Numbered from the stretch's first letter, positions 38,964-49,613 are shown. The stretch: 64,000 nucleotides of DNA from an uncultured Candidatus Saccharibacteria bacterium (GCA_964350985.1 CAYGLK010000002.1:165406-229405), one strand, 5' to 3'. Program-made: numbers and translations. The notes: a model not told the origin generated them from the sequence alone.

Positions 38964-39056
38964 ATAATATTTTCACCTGCGTATAACCCCCGTATCCTTA
39001 ATTGGAGCGGGGGTTATACTTAATATTATTGATTATTGGCTAAATAAAGTAGAACT

Positions 39057-39803
39057 ATGCAATCTTTAACGATGAAAAAAATTATCAGTATTGGAGCTTT
39101 AATACTAGCTATCTTCTTAGCTTTGCATTTTAGTGCTGACGCACAGGAAGAACAAAATACAACTGATGAAGTGAGTGCAACAACTATTGAGAGACAAAAT
39201 AGTTCTGATGAACGACAACAAGAAAATGCTGAGCGAGTGGAGGCAAGACAAGATGAACGCTCAGAACTGAGGGAAGAAAGACAAGATGAACGAAGTGAGA
39301 ATATTGAAGCCAGACAAGAGTTACAAGCCGAAAGAGTTGAAACGAGACAAAACATTCAGGCAGAAAGAAAAGGGGCCCTGGAAGCTGCCCGACAAGAAAG
39401 GGTTATGAATCTTTCTGCCAATATCAGCAATCGTATGGATGCTGCTATCTTAAGGATTGAAAATATCATTGAACGTTTTGCTGAAAGAATAGAAAAAATA
39501 TCAGCTACCGGAGTGAATGTTGACGCCGCTAGAAATAAGTTAAATGAAGCAAGTCGCCTCCTAGAAGAAGCTAAGAATAAGATATCTAACATTGATTCTT
39601 TGGTCTATAACGCTACAACTTCAAATGAACCTAGAAGTGAGTGGCAAAAGGTAAAAGCAACTTATAAAGAAGCTGGAACACTTATCAGAGCAAGTCATGC
39701 AGCTCTAAGGGAGACGTTGGCCCTGCTTAAGACTGCTTTAGGAGAAGCTGATCGAGGAATAAATGAAGCAGTTAGCAGGAATGAGACTGAAGTCACTGAA
39801 TAA
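39057..39803 (+). CDS. Secreted low-complexity repeat protein
   Basis: 248 aa; signal peptide, then ER(Q/E)DERSE... charged repeats and coiled-coil. Confidence 0.45.
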   Translation: MQSLTMKKIISIGALILAIFLALHFSADAQEEQNTTDEVSATTIERQNSSDERQQENAERVEARQDERSELREERQDERSENIEARQELQAERVETRQNIQAERKGALEAARQERVMNLSANISNRMDAAILRIENIIERFAERIEKISATGVNVDAARNKLNEASRLLEEAKNKISNIDSLVYNATTSNEPRSEWQKVKATYKEAGTLIRASHAALRETLALLKTALGEADRGINEAVSRNETEVTE

Positions 39804-39826
39804 ATTATTTTACTAAAACTTATTTT

Positions 39827-40216
39827 ATGGAAAACGAACCACAATTTGAAGGAGAAGAAATGAAACTGCCTGAAGAAGATATTTCCACTGACGCTGATGA
39901 CACACAACCACAAAACAGTTCAGGTGTAGTCATCTTTATACTATTTGCTATTTTGGCAGCGGTCTTGGTAGGGATGTATTTCTGGTACGAAGCTTCAACA
40001 ACAATTCCCCAGACAACTAACGAAGCAAGTAGGCCAACACTTGAAGAAAATAAAGAACCAGAAACTACAACAGCCACAGCCCAGACTGAAAGTTTTAACG
40101 CTATGAGTACTTCTGATGAAATCACTGCTATTGAAGCTGATTTAGAAAGTACAGACCTAGATAACCTCGAAGCAGAGATGCTACAAATCGAAGCTGAACT
40201 AGAAGCTGCAAATTAA
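39827..40216 (+). CDS. Small acidic single-TM protein
   Basis: 129 aa, central TM helix, acidic termini. Followed by two tandem hairpins 40221-40268. Confidence 0.4.
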   Translation: MENEPQFEGEEMKLPEEDISTDADDTQPQNSSGVVIFILFAILAAVLVGMYFWYEASTTIPQTTNEASRPTLEENKEPETTTATAQTESFNAMSTSDEITAIEADLESTDLDNLEAEMLQIEAELEAAN

Positions 40217-40220
40217 TAAA

Positions 40221-40270
40221 ACCCACCAAGTTGGTGGGAGTGACTGACCGGCGCCTTAGGGCGCCGGCTT
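40221..40270. terminator. Tandem hairpins cccaccaagttggtggg and gaccggcgccttagggcgccggc between convergent genes
   Basis: Read directly; second hairpin is almost the same sequence as the one at 20751-20776. Confidence 0.6.
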
Positions 40271-40283
40271 TGTTCATGGCTGC

Positions 40284-40739
40284 TCAAGGAGAACCAAACA
40301 GCCTAGCTTCCATCTGCGCATGTGGCGACTGAACCTCAGGCACGTAGTAGAGGTTCCATCCTGGTGTCACTCCCCATTTCACCCTGCAGGGCATACTCGG
40401 AAAGAGCTCCAATACACTCTGTTCGTAGTAACGCCAGAGGAACCGCGCTCTTGTTTTGAGCACACAACACGCCTCGTTGACGACTGCTGAGAAAGTGTTG
40501 GTCTTGAAAGCATCGTCGTGTAACTGCTGGTAATGACAGTGCAGGTACAAGAGTCTCCGCAGCTCCATCGGTAGGCGGTACGAGCATTCCACCACTCCTA
40601 CTGGAGGAAGGTCCATTTTCTGAACCATGAGGTTCAGCTGATGGGAAGTGACTTCACTCAACTCTCTCTCAAGCCAGGAAACATTGATCATGGCACACTC
40701 CAAAAAAAGAAAAGAAGACCTATCATCCCGACGAAACAC
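40284..40739 (-). CDS. Hypothetical Cys-rich protein (GC-rich islet)
   Basis: ORF of 151 aa (probable start MINVSWLEREL). GC content far above flanks. Confidence 0.3.
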   Translation of the reverse strand: MFRRDDRSSFLFLECAMINVSWLERELSEVTSHQLNLMVQKMDLPPVGVVECSYRLPMELRRLLYLHCHYQQLHDDAFKTNTFSAVVNEACCVLKTRARFLWRYYEQSVLELFPSMPCRVKWGVTPGWNLYYVPEVQSPHAQMEARLFGSP

Positions 40740-40853
40740 TGTTCGTCTTGGTGTCTGAACTATACTAATTAAATGATATTTGTCAAATAAAATTTCTCTC
40801 TCTTTGCTAAATTGGTTGCAATTCTGTTAGATATCCGTAAACTAGCCCGTACT

Positions 40854-41978
40854 ATGTCTAAACATTCACATCATCACGATATTGATTTTAAAAAGGCCTT
40901 TACTGTAGAAGTAGAGCCAAAATCACAAGTAAAAATAAGCGGCGAGATCCCTTATGCTGAATTAGAAGCAGAGCGTGCAAATGCTATCAAATCACTAGGT
41001 CAAAATGTTAGCCTAGATGGTTTTAGAAAAGGTCACGTCCCGGCGGCTGTACTCGAGAAGCATATTGGTGAAATGAACATCCTAACTGAAATGGCTGAAC
41101 GCGCGATTTCACATATGTACCCACATATATTAGAAGCTCATAAAATTGACGCTATTGGTTACCCAAAGATCGAAATTACTAAAATTGCTCCTAAGAGTCC
41201 TCTAGGCTTTACGGCCACTGTAGCTACTATTCCTGAAATTGGTTTACCTGACTACAAAGCGATCGCCAAAGAAACCAATGCTAAAAAGCCAAGTTTGGAA
41301 GTAACAGATGCTGATCTAGAAGAGAAGATTAAAGATATTTTGCGTCAAAAAGCCGCTTACGAAAAAATACAAAAGAAAGCAGCTGAAACTCCAAGTGACG
41401 CCACTGACCTGCCTACTCCAGAAGATACTAAAGAAACAAAGGAAGAGCCAATTCCAGAGCTAACAGACGAAGTTGTTAAAGGACTAGGACAACCAGGACA
41501 ATTTGAAACAGTTGATCAATTCAAAAAAATGCTCCGTGAGCATCTAGAAATCGAAAAGACTCAAGAAGTTAACGCTAATCACCGAGCAAGTATCACTGAT
41601 CAAATTATTGAAAAGAGTACAATTGAATTACCACAGATTTTGATCGATTCAGAACTTAACCAAATGTTTGCGCAAATGGAAGAAGACCTGAAGAGATCAA
41701 ATCTAAAGATGGACGACTACTTGTCTCACATTAAAAAGACTAAGGATGATCTACGCAAAGAATGGTCACCTAGTGCTGAGAAACGAGCTAAGTTACAACT
41801 GATCTTAAACGAAATTGCCAAGAAGGAGAAAATTGTTGCTGATGAAAAACTAGTGTCTGAGCAAGTTAAAGCTTTGCTAGAACAATACAAAGATGCTGAC
41901 GAAGCCAGAGTTAGAGTATACGTATCTTCAATTCTGCAAAACGAAGCAGTGATGAAGAGTTTAGAAGAAATTAAATAA
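40854..41978 (+). CDS. tig: Trigger factor (short form)
   Basis: GFRKGHVPAAVLEKHIG ribosome-binding motif. Immediately upstream of clpP (conserved tig-clpP synteny). Start set at MSKHSHHHD. Confidence 0.7.
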   Translation: MSKHSHHHDIDFKKAFTVEVEPKSQVKISGEIPYAELEAERANAIKSLGQNVSLDGFRKGHVPAAVLEKHIGEMNILTEMAERAISHMYPHILEAHKIDAIGYPKIEITKIAPKSPLGFTATVATIPEIGLPDYKAIAKETNAKKPSLEVTDADLEEKIKDILRQKAAYEKIQKKAAETPSDATDLPTPEDTKETKEEPIPELTDEVVKGLGQPGQFETVDQFKKMLREHLEIEKTQEVNANHRASITDQIIEKSTIELPQILIDSELNQMFAQMEEDLKRSNLKMDDYLSHIKKTKDDLRKEWSPSAEKRAKLQLILNEIAKKEKIVADEKLVSEQVKALLEQYKDADEARVRVYVSSILQNEAVMKSLEEIK

Positions 41979-42086
41979 TTAGAGGTTGCATAAAAAAGGG
42001 CTGCCGTCGGCAGCCCTTTTTTACTTTCTCCCCAAATCTGTTACCATTCACCTTAATCAGTAACGACAGAATTCACATTTTAATTT

Positions 42087-42701
42087 ATGCAAAATAATTC
42101 ACAAAAAGAAACCAATCCCGTAGAGAACTACATGGTACCGATGGTAATTGAAAAGACTCTAGGTGGAGAAAGAGCCTTTGACATCTTTTCTCGTCTGCTA
42201 AAAGAGCGGATTATCTTTATTACCGGACCGATCGAAGACCATATGGCCAATCTAGTAGTAGCGCAGCTACTTTTCCTAGAAGCTGAAGATCCAAAAAAAG
42301 ATATCTTTATCTACATCAACTCACCTGGAGGAAGTGTGACTGCCGGACTTGGTATTATCGACACGATGCACCACATCAAACCTGACGTAGCGACTGTATG
42401 TGTCGGTATCGCTGCTTCAATGGGTTCACTTATCCTTTCTCAAGGGGCTAAAGGAAAGCGAGCTATACTGCCAAATGCTGAAGTGATGATCCACCAACCA
42501 ATGGGAGGTGCTTACGGACAAGCGACTGATATTGATATCACAGCAAAACATATCCTAAAGACCAGAGATAAACTCAACAAGCTCCTAGCTAAAGCTAGTG
42601 GTCAAAAGCTAAGCAAAGTGGAGACAGACGTTGAACGAGACTTCTTTATGGACGCAGAACAAGCTAAGAACTACGGATTGGTAGACAAAATCTACAAATA
42701 A
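42087..42701 (+). CDS. clpP: ATP-dependent Clp protease proteolytic subunit
   Basis: 204 aa; active-site context [14 protein letters not shown]-triad. Confidence 0.92.
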   Translation: MQNNSQKETNPVENYMVPMVIEKTLGGERAFDIFSRLLKERIIFITGPIEDHMANLVVAQLLFLEAEDPKKDIFIYINSPGGSVTAGLGIIDTMHHIKPDVATVCVGIAASMGSLILSQGAKGKRAILPNAEVMIHQPMGGAYGQATDIDITAKHILKTRDKLNKLLAKASGQKLSKVETDVERDFFMDAEQAKNYGLVDKIYK

Positions 42702-42717
42702 ACCAGAAACAAAGTTA

Positions 42718-42758
42718 AAAACAAATCTCTCCTTCTAGGAGAGATTTGTTTTTAAGCC
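42718..42758 (+). terminator. Intrinsic terminator after clpP (aaaaacaaatctctcc-ttct-aggagagatttgttttt)
   Basis: Read directly. Confidence 0.7.
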
Positions 42759-42877
42759 TTTATGGTCAAATTACTAGATAATGGTGGATGCTTTTACAAG
42801 CTGCTATACTTCTGGTATGGTACCGACGAGGAGAGACTGTCACGCCCGGACCATTTAATAGTTGATATTGAAGAAAT

Positions 42878-44401
42878 ATGGATCAAACACTTGCCCTTGC
42901 GCTTGCAATGCTAGTGCTTGGTGCAGCTACTGGATACTATTTTCGATACCTACACGCCCTCTCAAAGAAACGTTCGATAGAAATTGATATAAAAGAACGA
43001 GAGGTTGCGGCTGAAAAAAAAGTTATCGACCTGATTGAAAAAGCGGAAGAAAAAGCCGCCAACATCCTGCACGAAGCCAAGCAAGAAAGAAAAACTCAAG
43101 AAGAAAAATTGTCCCAAAAAGAAGCACACCTCTTAAAAAGGGAGGATCTTATTGATAATAGACAAATTGAATTAGATTCTCAAAAAGAAATGGTTCAAGG
43201 AAAAATTAACGAAATAAAACAAATAAAAACTCAGTTGGATGATCGTAAAGGTGAAATTGATAAAAAGCTTGAAGAAGTAAGTGGCTTAACTGCTGAGGAA
43301 GCTTTGGGTAGATTAGTAACAAAAGTAGAGCAACAACACGAGGATGATCTTCGTGGCCGGATTGAAAAACTTGATCGACAAGGTACTGAGGCTTTTGAAG
43401 CCAAGGCACAAAATATTTTGTTAGCTGCTATTCACCGAGTTGGCAACAATATCCCTTCAAACACAATGACAACTCATGTTGAAATCCCAAGTGATGATCT
43501 AAAGGGTAAAGTTATCGGAAAAGAAGGGCGAAATGTTCGAGCTTTTGAAAGAGCTACTGGCGTAGACGTGATGATTGATGAAACTCCTGGTTTTATTGTT
43601 TTGTCTTCATTTGACCCAATCCGACGTGAGATCGCTCGAGTTGCACTAGAAGCTCTACTTAAAGACGGTCGTATCCAACCAGCTAAGATTGAAGAGATGG
43701 TTGAAACAGCTCGAAAAGAAGTGGCGACCATGGTACGAAAGATGGGTGAGAAGGCCGCCTATGAAGCTAACGTGCCAAACTTACATCCCGATCTTATTAG
43801 TATCTTAGGGCGACTACACTTCCGTACTAGTTACGGACAAAATGTTCTCTGGCACTCAGTCGAGATGGCGCATATGGCTGCGATTATCGCTGAAGAAGTA
43901 GGAGCTGATGTAGCTATTGCTAGAGCCGGCGCTTTGCTACACGATATTGGTAAATGTGTTAGTCATGAAGTAGCTGGAACGCACGTTGAGATTGGTATTC
44001 GTATCTTAGAGAAATATGCCGTTGATCACCAAGTAGTCTTAGCGATGCGAGCACACCATGAAGAATACCCTTACGAAACACCAGAATCTATTATTGTTCA
44101 GGTGGCTGATGCTATCTCTGGTGGACGTCCTGGAGCAAGAAGAGACTCAATAGAAAACTACATCAAGAGACTAACGGATCTCGAAGCTATTGCCACAACC
44201 ATCAAAGGAGTTGATAAAGCCTTTGCAATTGCTGCTGGTCGTGAGATTAGAGTCTTGGTAAATCCAGAAGCATTAAATGACTTAGAGAGTCATACACTAG
44301 CGCGCACTATTGCTACAACCATTGAAGCAAAAATTCGCTTCCCTGGAGAGATCAAAGTGCACGTAATTCGTGAAACTAGAGTCGTCAGTTACGCTAGATA
44401 A
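42878..44401 (+). CDS. rny: Ribonuclease Y
   Basis: 507 aa; N-terminal TM, coiled-coil, KH domain (KGKVIGKEGRNVRAFE), HD domain (LLHDIGK). Confidence 0.85.
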   Translation: MDQTLALALAMLVLGAATGYYFRYLHALSKKRSIEIDIKEREVAAEKKVIDLIEKAEEKAANILHEAKQERKTQEEKLSQKEAHLLKREDLIDNRQIELDSQKEMVQGKINEIKQIKTQLDDRKGEIDKKLEEVSGLTAEEALGRLVTKVEQQHEDDLRGRIEKLDRQGTEAFEAKAQNILLAAIHRVGNNIPSNTMTTHVEIPSDDLKGKVIGKEGRNVRAFERATGVDVMIDETPGFIVLSSFDPIRREIARVALEALLKDGRIQPAKIEEMVETARKEVATMVRKMGEKAAYEANVPNLHPDLISILGRLHFRTSYGQNVLWHSVEMAHMAAIIAEEVGADVAIARAGALLHDIGKCVSHEVAGTHVEIGIRILEKYAVDHQVVLAMRAHHEEYPYETPESIIVQVADAISGGRPGARRDSIENYIKRLTDLEAIATTIKGVDKAFAIAAGREIRVLVNPEALNDLESHTLARTIATTIEAKIRFPGEIKVHVIRETRVVSYAR

Positions 44402-44464
44402 GAAGCACTATAGAAAAATAAAAACGTTGAACCCCCGCATGCTTGGCACGCGGGGGTTTGCCGT

Positions 44465-45286
44465 TCAAATTACGACCAGATCCTTCAGCTCTGGGCAAAG
44501 GAAGAACAGCTTCTGCTTCTCCCGCTCCCCTGCTGGTACAAAAGAATCGAGAGCCGTGAACAGTGCGTGTCTCCAAAAACTCTCTTGGAACATTTCCTGC
44601 TCGACGACTGAAATAGTCTCGACCCCAAATACCTGCCCCAAAGCTGGTTGATAGGGAGCTGGCGGGAGTATAAACAAGCCTCTCCCATCAAGTTGTAGCT
44701 TGGTGATTCTGATTACTTCTTGATCGAGAAGCTCCTTGTACTCAAGCCCACCCAGCAGAGTCATAACTTTCTGCTGAAAGGTTGACGCCAGCATTTCCTC
44801 GCGACAGATTTCTGCCTCACTTTGATCCATCCCACTGGGACCTGATACAAAGTAATGCACATGAAACCCTTCGTGCATGAGGGCTAGTGTTCTGCCGACC
44901 TCACTCAAGGTTGTGCTGTCGTTGACAATCATTGTCCGCATACCCAGACTGAACTGGACTCCCAGGGGCTCCCTGAAGAACTCACTCCATTTCTGATGGA
45001 GGTTTTCATCACCTGGCACCATTGGCACGAAAGAGAACCATTCCCTGGTATTCCCCGACTCCAAGGAGATAACTCCACTTTCATGGGGCTCTCCCGGCAC
45101 AGCGTTGGTCTTGAGGAAGTGAATCATAGCCCTCACCTCAGGGTCTTTTATCTGACTGAGAACTTTCTCTGACCCACTGAACCAGCGCTCCATAATTACC
45201 CTTCTTGACACCACGGAGCTAGCGAAACTGTTGCTCAAAATCAGCAGCAACACGAGAAAAAACGACAACTTCTGCAAGATATTCAT
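44465..45286 (-). CDS. Hypothetical secreted protein (GC-rich islet)
   Basis: 273 aa with N-terminal signal peptide; no recognisable motif. Confidence 0.4.
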   Translation of the reverse strand: MNILQKLSFFLVLLLILSNSFASSVVSRRVIMERWFSGSEKVLSQIKDPEVRAMIHFLKTNAVPGEPHESGVISLESGNTREWFSFVPMVPGDENLHQKWSEFFREPLGVQFSLGMRTMIVNDSTTLSEVGRTLALMHEGFHVHYFVSGPSGMDQSEAEICREEMLASTFQQKVMTLLGGLEYKELLDQEVIRITKLQLDGRGLFILPPAPYQPALGQVFGVETISVVEQEMFQESFWRHALFTALDSFVPAGEREKQKLFFLCPELKDLVVI

Positions 45287-45590
45287 CGAGACTCTCCAGT
45301 GATTACTGCGTGGGTTGGTGAGTGGTGCTTAGTAGTACTACGACAACGAACTTTAACTACTAATGGCTAATCTACGCGACTATTTTCTTATGTCAAGATT
45401 GAGGATTTTTAGGAAAACTTTATCTAACATTATTATGCGCTATAATATTACAACACTAAATAAATAAAATGTAAGGTGTTGCAGCTAATACAGCTTGATA
45501 TATAATGTTGTTAAGCCATTATAAACGGCACCGTGCCTGAGTCATCAACTCAACACATTTTAATCACTCTTAGACATAAGTTTCAAATCT

Positions 45591-45863
45591 ATGAATAAAG
45601 CAGACATCATCAGTAAAGTGCACGAAGTACTAGGATCAACTAAGGCAGATGCTGAACGAGCAGTTGAAGCAGTATTCGGTAGTATCGAAGCAGCTATGAA
45701 AGACGGTACACAAGTATCAGTTGCTGGTTTCGGAATCTTCGAAGCGAAGATGCGAGCAAAGCGAGAAGCTCGAAACCCTCGAACTGGTGAAACTGTTAAT
45801 GTTCCAGCAATGCGAGTACCTAAATTCCGCGCTGCAAAAGCTTTGAAGGACTCTGTAAAATAG
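45591..45863 (+). CDS. hup: DNA-binding protein HU
   Basis: 90 aa; GFGIFEAKMRAKREARNPRTGE...VPKFRAAKALK HU/IHF signature. Confidence 0.9.
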   Translation: MNKADIISKVHEVLGSTKADAERAVEAVFGSIEAAMKDGTQVSVAGFGIFEAKMRAKREARNPRTGETVNVPAMRVPKFRAAKALKDSVK

Positions 45864-45879
45864 ATTCTAATCTATTTAG

Positions 45880-45916
45880 AAAAGGCGCTGTTTTATGAAA
45901 TAAAACAGCGCCTTTT
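45880..45916 (+). terminator. Intrinsic terminator after hup
   Basis: aaaaggcgctgtttt-atgaaat-aaaacagcgcctttt. Confidence 0.7.
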
Positions 45917-46090
45917 CACATCCCCAAACTTATCCCCCACAAATATTAAAAGTAGTGTGATATTATATAAAGGTAGCGGAGGTAAATACGCTATGTGGAG
46001 AATGCAGAGTATTCCTCAGCTATTTCCCATCACAATTTAAACAGGAGCCTCGTACAGCCACGGGGCTTTTGTTTTACCTCGACAGTTTGA

Positions 46091-47266
46091 TTACTTTTTT
46101 CTTATATAAAAATAAAGTGGTAACGTAGTTAATAGGAAACAAATACCCAAAACAAAGAAAGCGATTTGATAACTAGTCTGTTCAATAACAATTCCAAGAA
46201 CAAAACAAATAATACCATTGAATATATTTGATATCTGGGCTTCTGTAGAAAGCAAAGTTGCCTTAAACTTACTTTCCCTAATAATCTCTAATATAAACCC
46301 TCGAGAGACCTGCGAAAGCCCCCATTGAAACCCATTTATAACCAGCAGTACCCCAGCCACAAACCAAGCATTCACACTAACAGCTAAAAGTAACAACAGA
46401 ATAGTGTAGAAAATTATTTTAAACCGATAAAATAAAACAATATTTGGGAAATAATTTTTGATTAAGCCACTGTAGGCGAGTATCAAAGAAGCTAACGCTC
46501 TCCCAGCACCAAATAGTACCCCAAACCAAATTACCGGTATCTCTAAAAAAACTTGATAGGGCGCTCGAAAAATTCCAATACTAAATAAAACGGCGCCAAC
46601 GAAGGCGGAAAAGATAGCGTACCTAAAAAATCCTAGTTTGTACCCAGCTTGCATTACTTGTTTAAAGTTGGTGGTGTTCACTTCAGCAACATGTTCGGGA
46701 GTCACTTGTGGTGTTGTTAGTGATAGAGCAAAAATAAGACCGATCACGTCCAGTACTATAGATAGAGCGAAAGGGACTTTGTAGCTGATACTAACGAGAA
46801 ATGGTGTCAGCACTGTTAAAACGATCGGTACAGCAAAGCCTATCGAACTGGCTTTACCCATAACCTTAGCGTAATCCTCTTCACGATTTAACGCCCTGAG
46901 TGTTTCATGCATGAAAGCTGATCCAGTACCACTAAAGAAGGCCGAAGCCACACTCAAAGAAATAGACCCCAATATAAGCAGTGTAAGACTATTTGAGATC
47001 AGAAAAAAGAAACTGGATAAAATGAAAAAAAGATACGCGACAACAATAGCTTGTTTGTGACCTAATTTATCAGACACATATCCGCTTGGAATCTCAAATA
47101 AAAATCCCGCCATATTACCAATTAGTAGGATTAGCCCAATTGATTGGGCTGTCACATCTGGGATAGTTAAATAATATGCTCCCAGGATCGCAATATAAGT
47201 ACGCTTATTGGTAACAAGCAAAACGGTATATTTCCAAATATTGGCATTCATTTTTTCTAAGTACAT
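46091..47266 (-). CDS. MFS transporter
   Basis: 391 aa, about 12 TM segments, SDKLGHKQ loop motif. Confidence 0.65.
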   Translation of the reverse strand: MYLEKMNANIWKYTVLLVTNKRTYIAILGAYYLTIPDVTAQSIGLILLIGNMAGFLFEIPSGYVSDKLGHKQAIVVAYLFFILSSFFFLISNSLTLLILGSISLSVASAFFSGTGSAFMHETLRALNREEDYAKVMGKASSIGFAVPIVLTVLTPFLVSISYKVPFALSIVLDVIGLIFALSLTTPQVTPEHVAEVNTTNFKQVMQAGYKLGFFRYAIFSAFVGAVLFSIGIFRAPYQVFLEIPVIWFGVLFGAGRALASLILAYSGLIKNYFPNIVLFYRFKIIFYTILLLLLAVSVNAWFVAGVLLVINGFQWGLSQVSRGFILEIIRESKFKATLLSTEAQISNIFNGIICFVLGIVIEQTSYQIAFFVLGICFLLTTLPLYFYIRKK

Positions 47267-47347
47267 GCAGGATAACTATACATTATTGTTAAAGGAGCAC
47301 AATTAGAAAAAGCCGTCCTAAAGACGAGCTTTTTCAAAATAGTTAGT

Positions 47348-47782
47348 TTAGTACCCAAACTCTGAATAGAAGACATTATTACTATAGTTCAGAAGAGACA
47401 CTTTTACATAATCAACAATATTTTCTGGCAGCTGATCTAACTTAAACCAACTTAAGTCATCACATTTTTCTGGTTCTTTGTTACTGATCTCTCCAGAGTA
47501 AGCCTTAGTGGTCATAAAAAAATCAATTCTCTCATCGACACTCCCCTTTCGCTGCATTACGTGGACAACAGATATGTCATCAACTTTAAGATCGATTCCT
47601 ATTTCTTCTTTAATTTCACGCACGCAGCCTTCACGAGCGGTTTCATTTCCTTCTAGATGACCAGCAGGTACACCATAATACCCGTCCATAAAACCCGTGT
47701 TACAACGTCTTTGCAAAAGAATTTCATCACCTTTAATTAGGAATAGATATGCGGAACCAATATATGTAAATCTGTCTGTCAT
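47348..47782 (-). CDS. NUDIX hydrolase
   Basis: 144 aa; Nudix box GHLEGNETAREGCVREIKEEIGI. TGcTATACT box 8 nt upstream of the ATG. Confidence 0.75.
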   Translation of the reverse strand: MTDRFTYIGSAYLFLIKGDEILLQRRCNTGFMDGYYGVPAGHLEGNETAREGCVREIKEEIGIDLKVDDISVVHVMQRKGSVDERIDFFMTTKAYSGEISNKEPEKCDDLSWFKLDQLPENIVDYVKVSLLNYSNNVFYSEFGY

Positions 47783-47820
47783 TGAGAAAGTATAGCAAAA
47801 TATAAAGTGCGGTTAAAACA

Positions 47821-47853
47821 TGCAAAAAGCTGACCATAGGCCAGCTTTTTGCA
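47821..47853. terminator. Hairpin tgcaaaaagctgacc-ata-ggccagctttttgca between two NUDIX genes
   Basis: 15-bp near-perfect palindrome. Confidence 0.55.
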
Positions 47854-47863
47854 TACTAAACTC

Positions 47864-48367
47864 TTATCCAAAATTAAGCTTCTCTCCCCGCAAGAGCTGA
47901 AATGCTTTAACTAAAGCTTTTATCTCTGGGTCATCACCTCTTTTGTTCTTAGTCATCACTTTTTCAATCTCATTTTCAGCAAACCATCCATATTCTGAGT
48001 GATCATCCATATTAATTTTAATATCTTCTACATTAGAAATAATGGTAGCAAAAAATATTACTTCTACTGAATGTGAACCTTTTACATTATTCATATATGT
48101 AAAAGAGGTAAGTGGATCTCCCACGTTAATCTCAATGTCAAATTCCTCTTTGATTTCTCGTTTTAGGCCATCAACAATATTTTCTCCAAAATCTATGTGC
48201 CCACCAGGTATCTCATACACACTTGGTAGAAACTTTTTTGTTGCTGCTCTCTTCGGCAGAAAGATTTTTTCTACACCATTAAATTTTTTATGAATAAGAG
48301 CGCACGCGGTTATAACTTGCTGCCCTTTTGCAGGCACCTCGCTATCGTGAGAAGTTTTAGTTTCCAT
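47864..48367 (-). CDS. NUDIX hydrolase (probable start at METKTSHD; the ORF track's 20-codon 5' extension is the conserved leader uORF)
   Basis: Nudix box GGHIDFGENIVDGLKREIKEEFDI. The upstream in-frame MLSEPETTRLGTLL... corresponds to repeat family B. Confidence 0.7.
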   Translation of the reverse strand: METKTSHDSEVPAKGQQVITACALIHKKFNGVEKIFLPKRAATKKFLPSVYEIPGGHIDFGENIVDGLKREIKEEFDIEINVGDPLTSFTYMNNVKGSHSVEVIFFATIISNVEDIKINMDDHSEYGWFAENEIEKVMTKNKRGDDPEIKALVKAFQLLRGEKLNFG

Positions 48368-48390
48368 AAAGTAAATATTATTTTGTAAGA

Positions 48391-48457
48391 GGGTGCCAAG
48401 ACGCGTTGTCTCCGGCTCTGATAGCATTAAACTACCTGAAAATAATTATTTTGCAAG
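48391..48457 (-). promoter_or_regulatory. Repeat family B copy 1: TTGCAA -35 box, leaderless uORF (MLSEPETTRLGT...) and conserved leader upstream of NUDIX 47864..48367
   Basis: About 50-nt block 48391-48439 is near-identical to 51122-51172; the ATG of the uORF is at 48425-48427 (minus). Confidence 0.55.
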
Positions 48458-48495
48458 TTTTTAGTATTTGTCTAATAAGTTAGATTTTTGAAAAT

Positions 48496-48867
48496 TTAAT
48501 TTAAAGTAGAACCACTTCCAAGATGAAAGTGGAGCTGGGCCACTTCTTGCCTCTTTCCTCCATTGGTAACTATAGTGTAATCAGTGTCTTGCCAGCCTTT
48601 GTCTAAAATAATTTCTTGAGCGACCTCAAGGCATTCTTTTATGTATTTAAAATCATCAGGAGTAGCTTCAGACAGGTTTTTGATGGCTTTTTTAGGGACA
48701 ATCAATATATGCTCTTCCCAGTGCGGTTTAGGGTGCTTAAAGGCAATTACTTTATCAGTTTCCTTAATTCTTTTTACCGGTAAAAGGCCGGATAGTTTTC
48801 CAAAGGCTACTCCAACAATTAATTCACCCAGAGGTGACTTTGCTAGAGTTAAAAGCAATTTTTTCAT
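48496..48867 (-). CDS. HIT-like hydrolase
   Basis: 123 aa; C-terminal HFHLG histidine motif. Leaderless-type promoter module directly upstream. Confidence 0.5.
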   Translation of the reverse strand: MKKLLLTLAKSPLGELIVGVAFGKLSGLLPVKRIKETDKVIAFKHPKPHWEEHILIVPKKAIKNLSEATPDDFKYIKECLEVAQEIILDKGWQDTDYTIVTNGGKRQEVAQLHFHLGSGSTLN

Positions 48868-48912
48868 AGGTTGATTATAGCAAAAGACCTTGTGGGACGA
48901 CGCTAGAACGGT
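48868..48912 (-). promoter_or_regulatory. Junction module A copy 1 (degenerate): 22-mer GTTCTAGCGTCGTCCCACAAGG plus TGcTATAAT extended -10, 7 nt before the leaderless ATG of the HIT-like gene
   Basis: Aligned by eye with copies at 50653, 52009-52050 and 52715. Confidence 0.5.
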
Positions 48913-49017
48913 TTTGATCGAAGATGAAGATATAGAATAAAAAAACTCCCCTTGTACCTTTCGGCCTCGGGGAGATTATTTGTCCATATTCAGGCTGGAT
49001 TACAGTTACTTGGCTGC

Positions 49018-49557
49018 CTAAACAACCTCACACTCAAGGAACCCTCTGATCAGTCGGATAGCTTCAAGCCGCGAGTGTCTGGGACGAAGTTCTTCATAGT
49101 AGTTTGCCTCCATTGCAAAGAGAAGTTTATTAAGCTCCTCCACCTTCGCACCAAACACGGCCTGAACAGTTTGAGTGGGGTCCTTTATCAACTCCTCACC
49201 AAGCTCAACATAGAAATAGCGAATGAGAGAGCCCACTGCAATTACCCCAGCAAGTTTCTGGCGATGTGGCGAGAGGTGCAACTCAGACAAAAGAGCATCT
49301 ATCTCCTCGATTTCTATCTTGGGAATTGCTGACACTGGGACATTTTCGTCCTGTGCCCGTTTCAGAGTCTGAAGCGTTAGTCCTCCAGCACAAGCTTGAG
49401 CCTCTGAACCAGTGACAAATTCCATCAAACCTTTTGACATATCATCATTCCATCCACAAAGTGGCATACATCCTCCAAATATCAATGTTTTTAAAGAACT
49501 ATCAAAAATCTTTTGATAGACCAAGTTTAAGAATATAGCAATATATAATTTTGGCAT
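49018..49557 (-). CDS. Hypothetical protein (GC-rich islet)
   Basis: 179 aa ORF; the minus-strand terminator 48953-48990 follows it. Start uncertain. Confidence 0.35.
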   Translation of the reverse strand: MPKLYIAIFLNLVYQKIFDSSLKTLIFGGCMPLCGWNDDMSKGLMEFVTGSEAQACAGGLTLQTLKRAQDENVPVSAIPKIEIEEIDALLSELHLSPHRQKLAGVIAVGSLIRYFYVELGEELIKDPTQTVQAVFGAKVEELNKLLFAMEANYYEELRPRHSRLEAIRLIRGFLECEVV

Positions 49558-49613
49558 CTAAATAATTATTTATTTAGAAATGCATGATATACCAATTTAA
49601 ATATAGCTAATTT

